Sequence record: SRR22947727_2435
Length of the DNA: 20,933 nucleotides
Direction: 5' to 3' (one strand)
The position numbers and the translations under genes were made by a program. The notes beneath the pieces were generated by a model. That model did not search any database. It had not been told where the DNA came from and saw nothing but the letters and a program-made list of their open reading frames with translations. How positions within the stretch are numbered: the first letter of the stretch is position 1; each line of letters starts with the position of its first letter. This document shows, piece by piece, positions 18,951 to 20,933 of the stretch.

Positions 18951-19400
18951 CTAGCCCTCCTCTCCACGAATAACGAGGGTGGAGGTTGCCACAACCACGG
19001 GCTCACCTGCAGTGGTGGTGATGGAGGACTCTGACGTCAGCATGGTGTGGCCACCAAGAGACTGAATCTTGGTGACTCGAAGCGTCGCAACAACCTCATC
19101 GCCTGCGACCAGCGGTCGTTGGTACTCAAACTTCTGATCCCCGTGCACGACCCGCAAGAAATCGATTCCAGCACCCGGGTGAGAAAGAAGTTGCTGCAAC
19201 GTCTTCTCTTGAATCACGATGGGGAAGGTTGGCGGAGCGACCACATCTGAATAGCCGGCTGCAATCGCCGCATCCACATCATGATGAATAGGGGCGGTAG
19301 CGAAAACTGCGGAGGCGAACTCCCGCACTTTCTCTCGACCCACCACATAGGGCTCCGTCGTTTCGAAGACGGTATCGAGCAATTCGGGGTTGACGCTCAT
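18951..19400 (-). CDS. MaoC N-terminal/FAS1-like dehydratase partner (HadA-like)
   Basis: YVVGREKVREFA, APPTF, VHGDQKFEYQRPLVAGD; paired with the HadB-like gene. Confidence 0.9.
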   Translation of the reverse strand: MSVNPELLDTVFETTEPYVVGREKVREFASAVFATAPIHHDVDAAIAAGYSDVVAPPTFPIVIQEKTLQQLLSHPGAGIDFLRVVHGDQKFEYQRPLVAGDEVVATLRVTKIQSLGGHTMLTSESSITTTAGEPVVVATSTLVIRGEEG

Positions 19401-19407
19401 GATGCCC

Positions 19408-19413
19408 AGTCTA
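19408..19413 (-). promoter_or_regulatory. Putative -10 (TAGACT) 7 nt upstream of ATG 19400; leaderless
   Basis: TANNNT-N7-ATG and no SD. Confidence 0.55.
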
Positions 19414-19422
19414 TTCCGGGGC

Positions 19423-20307
19423 CTAGAACAGGGTCATGCCCAACAGCGAGTCGAACATGTCTCGCGCCCTGAGCTTTTCGGCCTTCGTCGCCGAGGATCC
19501 CGCAGTGGACGCCAGGCTCCGCGCCGCAGAGACCGCGTGGTGGGCCTTCAACATAATGACGTCGTCCTCCGTCATCTCACGGTCATAACCCGAGAGGAAG
19601 GCGACGCGGAGCTGAGGATCAGTTCTCCAGTAGTCCTGTTCCAGCAGGAACACATCGACTATCCACGGATCGTATTCCGCCATGGCGAAGTCGATGAGTC
19701 GGACATGGCCTCCGGGATCCACCATCCAGTTCCTGGGGTGGTTATCCCTATGCGCTGGGACGAGGGTCAACGAGGACAGGTCCATGGCCCGGGCGATGAG
19801 GAGTCTGGCTTCTGAGAGCAACGAGGATGCCACCACTCCCTCGAGTGAACCCGCCGCTTCTTCAAAGCGCGCAGCACATTGCCTCGCGAATTGATCTGAC
19901 ACCACGGGCTGCGATGACTCATGCAGACGACGGATGAGAGCGCCCGCCTTGTAGTGAACTAGGGGGTCCCACTCATTCGCCGTTCCTGCGGCTGGCTCAC
20001 CCTGGATCTCGCTGAGGAGGAGCATCTTCAAGCTCTCGTCGTTATCGATGAGTCTGGGTGCGTCTGAGCCAAGGGCTGGGGTGTAGTGGGTAAGAGCATC
20101 CCACTCGCGTTGATAGTCCGTTTGGTCTCGGTACCACTTGACGAAGGATGAGTCACCAGAACGTGTGACAACTTTCAAGACCTTGCCCACCGTCGGACGA
20201 AGAGATTGGTCATCGGCAACGTCGACAGGACCGAGAACTCGATGAACCCGATCCAGCACCTCCGCATCGGAGGCAAGACCGGCTCGACAGAGAACAGTCT
20301 CACGCAT
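19423..20307 (-). CDS. Aminoglycoside-phosphotransferase/choline-kinase-like (APH family) protein
   Basis: FVKWY (ATP lysine), Brenner motif HRDNHPRNW, LIDF; GGGAGG RBS. Confidence 0.85.
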   Translation of the reverse strand: MRETVLCRAGLASDAEVLDRVHRVLGPVDVADDQSLRPTVGKVLKVVTRSGDSSFVKWYRDQTDYQREWDALTHYTPALGSDAPRLIDNDESLKMLLLSEIQGEPAAGTANEWDPLVHYKAGALIRRLHESSQPVVSDQFARQCAARFEEAAGSLEGVVASSLLSEARLLIARAMDLSSLTLVPAHRDNHPRNWMVDPGGHVRLIDFAMAEYDPWIVDVFLLEQDYWRTDPQLRVAFLSGYDREMTEDDVIMLKAHHAVSAARSLASTAGSSATKAEKLRARDMFDSLLGMTLF

Positions 20308-20334
20308 GGCGCCTCCCGTGGGTTAGTGGCAATG

Positions 20335-20373
20335 AAAAACCCCCGCCCACACTCATTGTGGTCAGGGGCTTTT
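20335..20373 (-). terminator. Intrinsic terminator downstream of the 25-aa peptide gene
   Basis: Minus strand AAAA-GCCCCTGACCACA-ATGAG-TGTGGGCGGGGGT-TTTT: GC-rich stem (one mismatch, G-U pairs) plus a U-tract. Confidence 0.8.
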
Positions 20374-20387
20374 ACAAGCTCATAGGA

Positions 20388-20465
20388 CTACTGGCAGCTG
20401 TCACACTGGAGCAGATCCATGGGATCTACCGGTACTGCGTAGCCTCCAACGTTGTCTTCGTTCAT
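20388..20465 (-). CDS. Unannotated 25-aa acidic peptide with C-terminal CxxCQ (MNEDNVGGYAVPVDPMDLLQCDSCQ)
   Basis: Manual translation from ATG (20465) to TAG (20388). SD TAAGGAGG 5 nt upstream, own promoter upstream and terminator downstream. Confidence 0.85.
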   Translation of the reverse strand: MNEDNVGGYAVPVDPMDLLQCDSCQ

Positions 20466-20506
20466 GGTGGCCTCCTTACTTTTTCGGCGGTTAATGCCGG
20501 AGCACC

Positions 20507-20536
20507 ACTATATACCCCTAATGACAGTGGTGTCAT
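20507..20536 (-). promoter_or_regulatory. sigma70/SigA-type promoter ATGACA-N18-TATAGT for the peptide gene
   Basis: -35 at 20531-20536 (5/6 to TTGACA); -10 at 20507-20512 (5/6 to TATAAT). Confidence 0.7.
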
Positions 20537-20537
20537 T

Positions 20538-20553
20538 ACCCCATATCTTGTGG
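20538..20553. promoter_or_regulatory. NrdR box (ACCCCATATCTTGTGG), with a degenerate partner at 20505-20520
   Basis: Matches all strongly conserved positions of acaCwAtATaTwGtgt. The partner CCACTATATAccccta matches the left half, lies 33 bp away and covers the -10. Confidence 0.65.
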
Positions 20554-20629
20554 TTTCGGCGTGTCGAATAATCCTGGATGCGCGGTTGAGCATCGCCGCG
20601 CGACATTCCTGTTCAAAAACAGCGGAATT

Positions 20630-20933
20630 CACGTGGTAGGCGGCAGAGAATACGAACCTGAGAGAAACACGAAACAGTTTTAGTCCTCGCTCGAGAAACG
20701 TGTGTTCGAGAACATTATCGTCGTAGAGCAACTTCACAAGCCCACCTTGAGCCAGCAAACAAAAATCTAGTAGCGCAAAATGAGGCCCGGAATCAACATC
20801 TTTGCGACACCCCCAATCTGGCCCGAATAGATTTGCTCCACAGAGATGTTTTGATCCGAGGACCCATAATCGACGACCACGGCTCGAGTCAGGCGATTTT
20901 GGGTAACCGCCAAGTCATTGGCCAGGCAAAGAT
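20630..20933 (-). pseudogene. Frameshifted/degraded GT2-family glycosyltransferase remnant
   Basis: One frame gives ...AVVVDYGSSD... then TAG at 20767-20769. The -1 frame gives ...DSGPHFALLDFCLLAQGGLVKLLYDDNVLEHTFLERGLKLF...FVFS. Together these resemble consecutive GT2 motifs. Left boundary approximate. Confidence 0.55.

Noticed and set aside
20694-20709. Possible LexA/SOS box AGAAAC-GTGT-GTTCGA
   Set aside because: Only one half matches TCGAAC-N4-GTTCGA, and it lies inside the GT2 relic about 200 nt from the promoter.
20462-20758. 98-aa ORF as an intact gene whose TGA overlaps the peptide ATG
   Set aside because: The N-terminal half is better explained as a GT2 relic, and the rest runs through promoter/operator DNA. 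No SD before its TTG. The ATGA overlap is probably coincidental.

Overview
Mostly housekeeping DNA from a high-GC Actinobacterium; the protein sequences and gene order suggest Microbacteriaceae (inference). Left to right: asd (partial), ask, recR, dnaX, SRP RNA (ffs), tRNA-Ser(GGA), a three-gene glycosyltransferase patch (GT25, GT14, GT25), an orphan LacI regulator, rplL-rplJ with an L10 leader, an OmpR-family two-component pair plus a GNAT inserted between rplA and rplJ, rplA-rplK-nusG-secE-tRNA-Trp, an aspartate aminotransferase, a lone GT11 fucosyltransferase, murB, hadB/hadA-like hotdog dehydratases, an APH-like kinase and a frameshifted GT2 remnant. The most notable item is absent from the ORF track: a complete minus-strand mini-transcription unit (about 20335-20553). 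It has a sigma70-type promoter overlapped by NrdR-like boxes, a perfect Shine-Dalgarno, a 25-aa acidic peptide MNEDNVGGYAVPVDPMDLLQCDSCQ and an intrinsic terminator. The CxxCQ-COOH end resembles the redox-shuttle tail of ribonucleotide reductase alpha subunits, so it may be a free-standing, NrdR-controlled RNR-tail peptide (hypothesis). All calls come from reading the sequence by eye; no searches were run.
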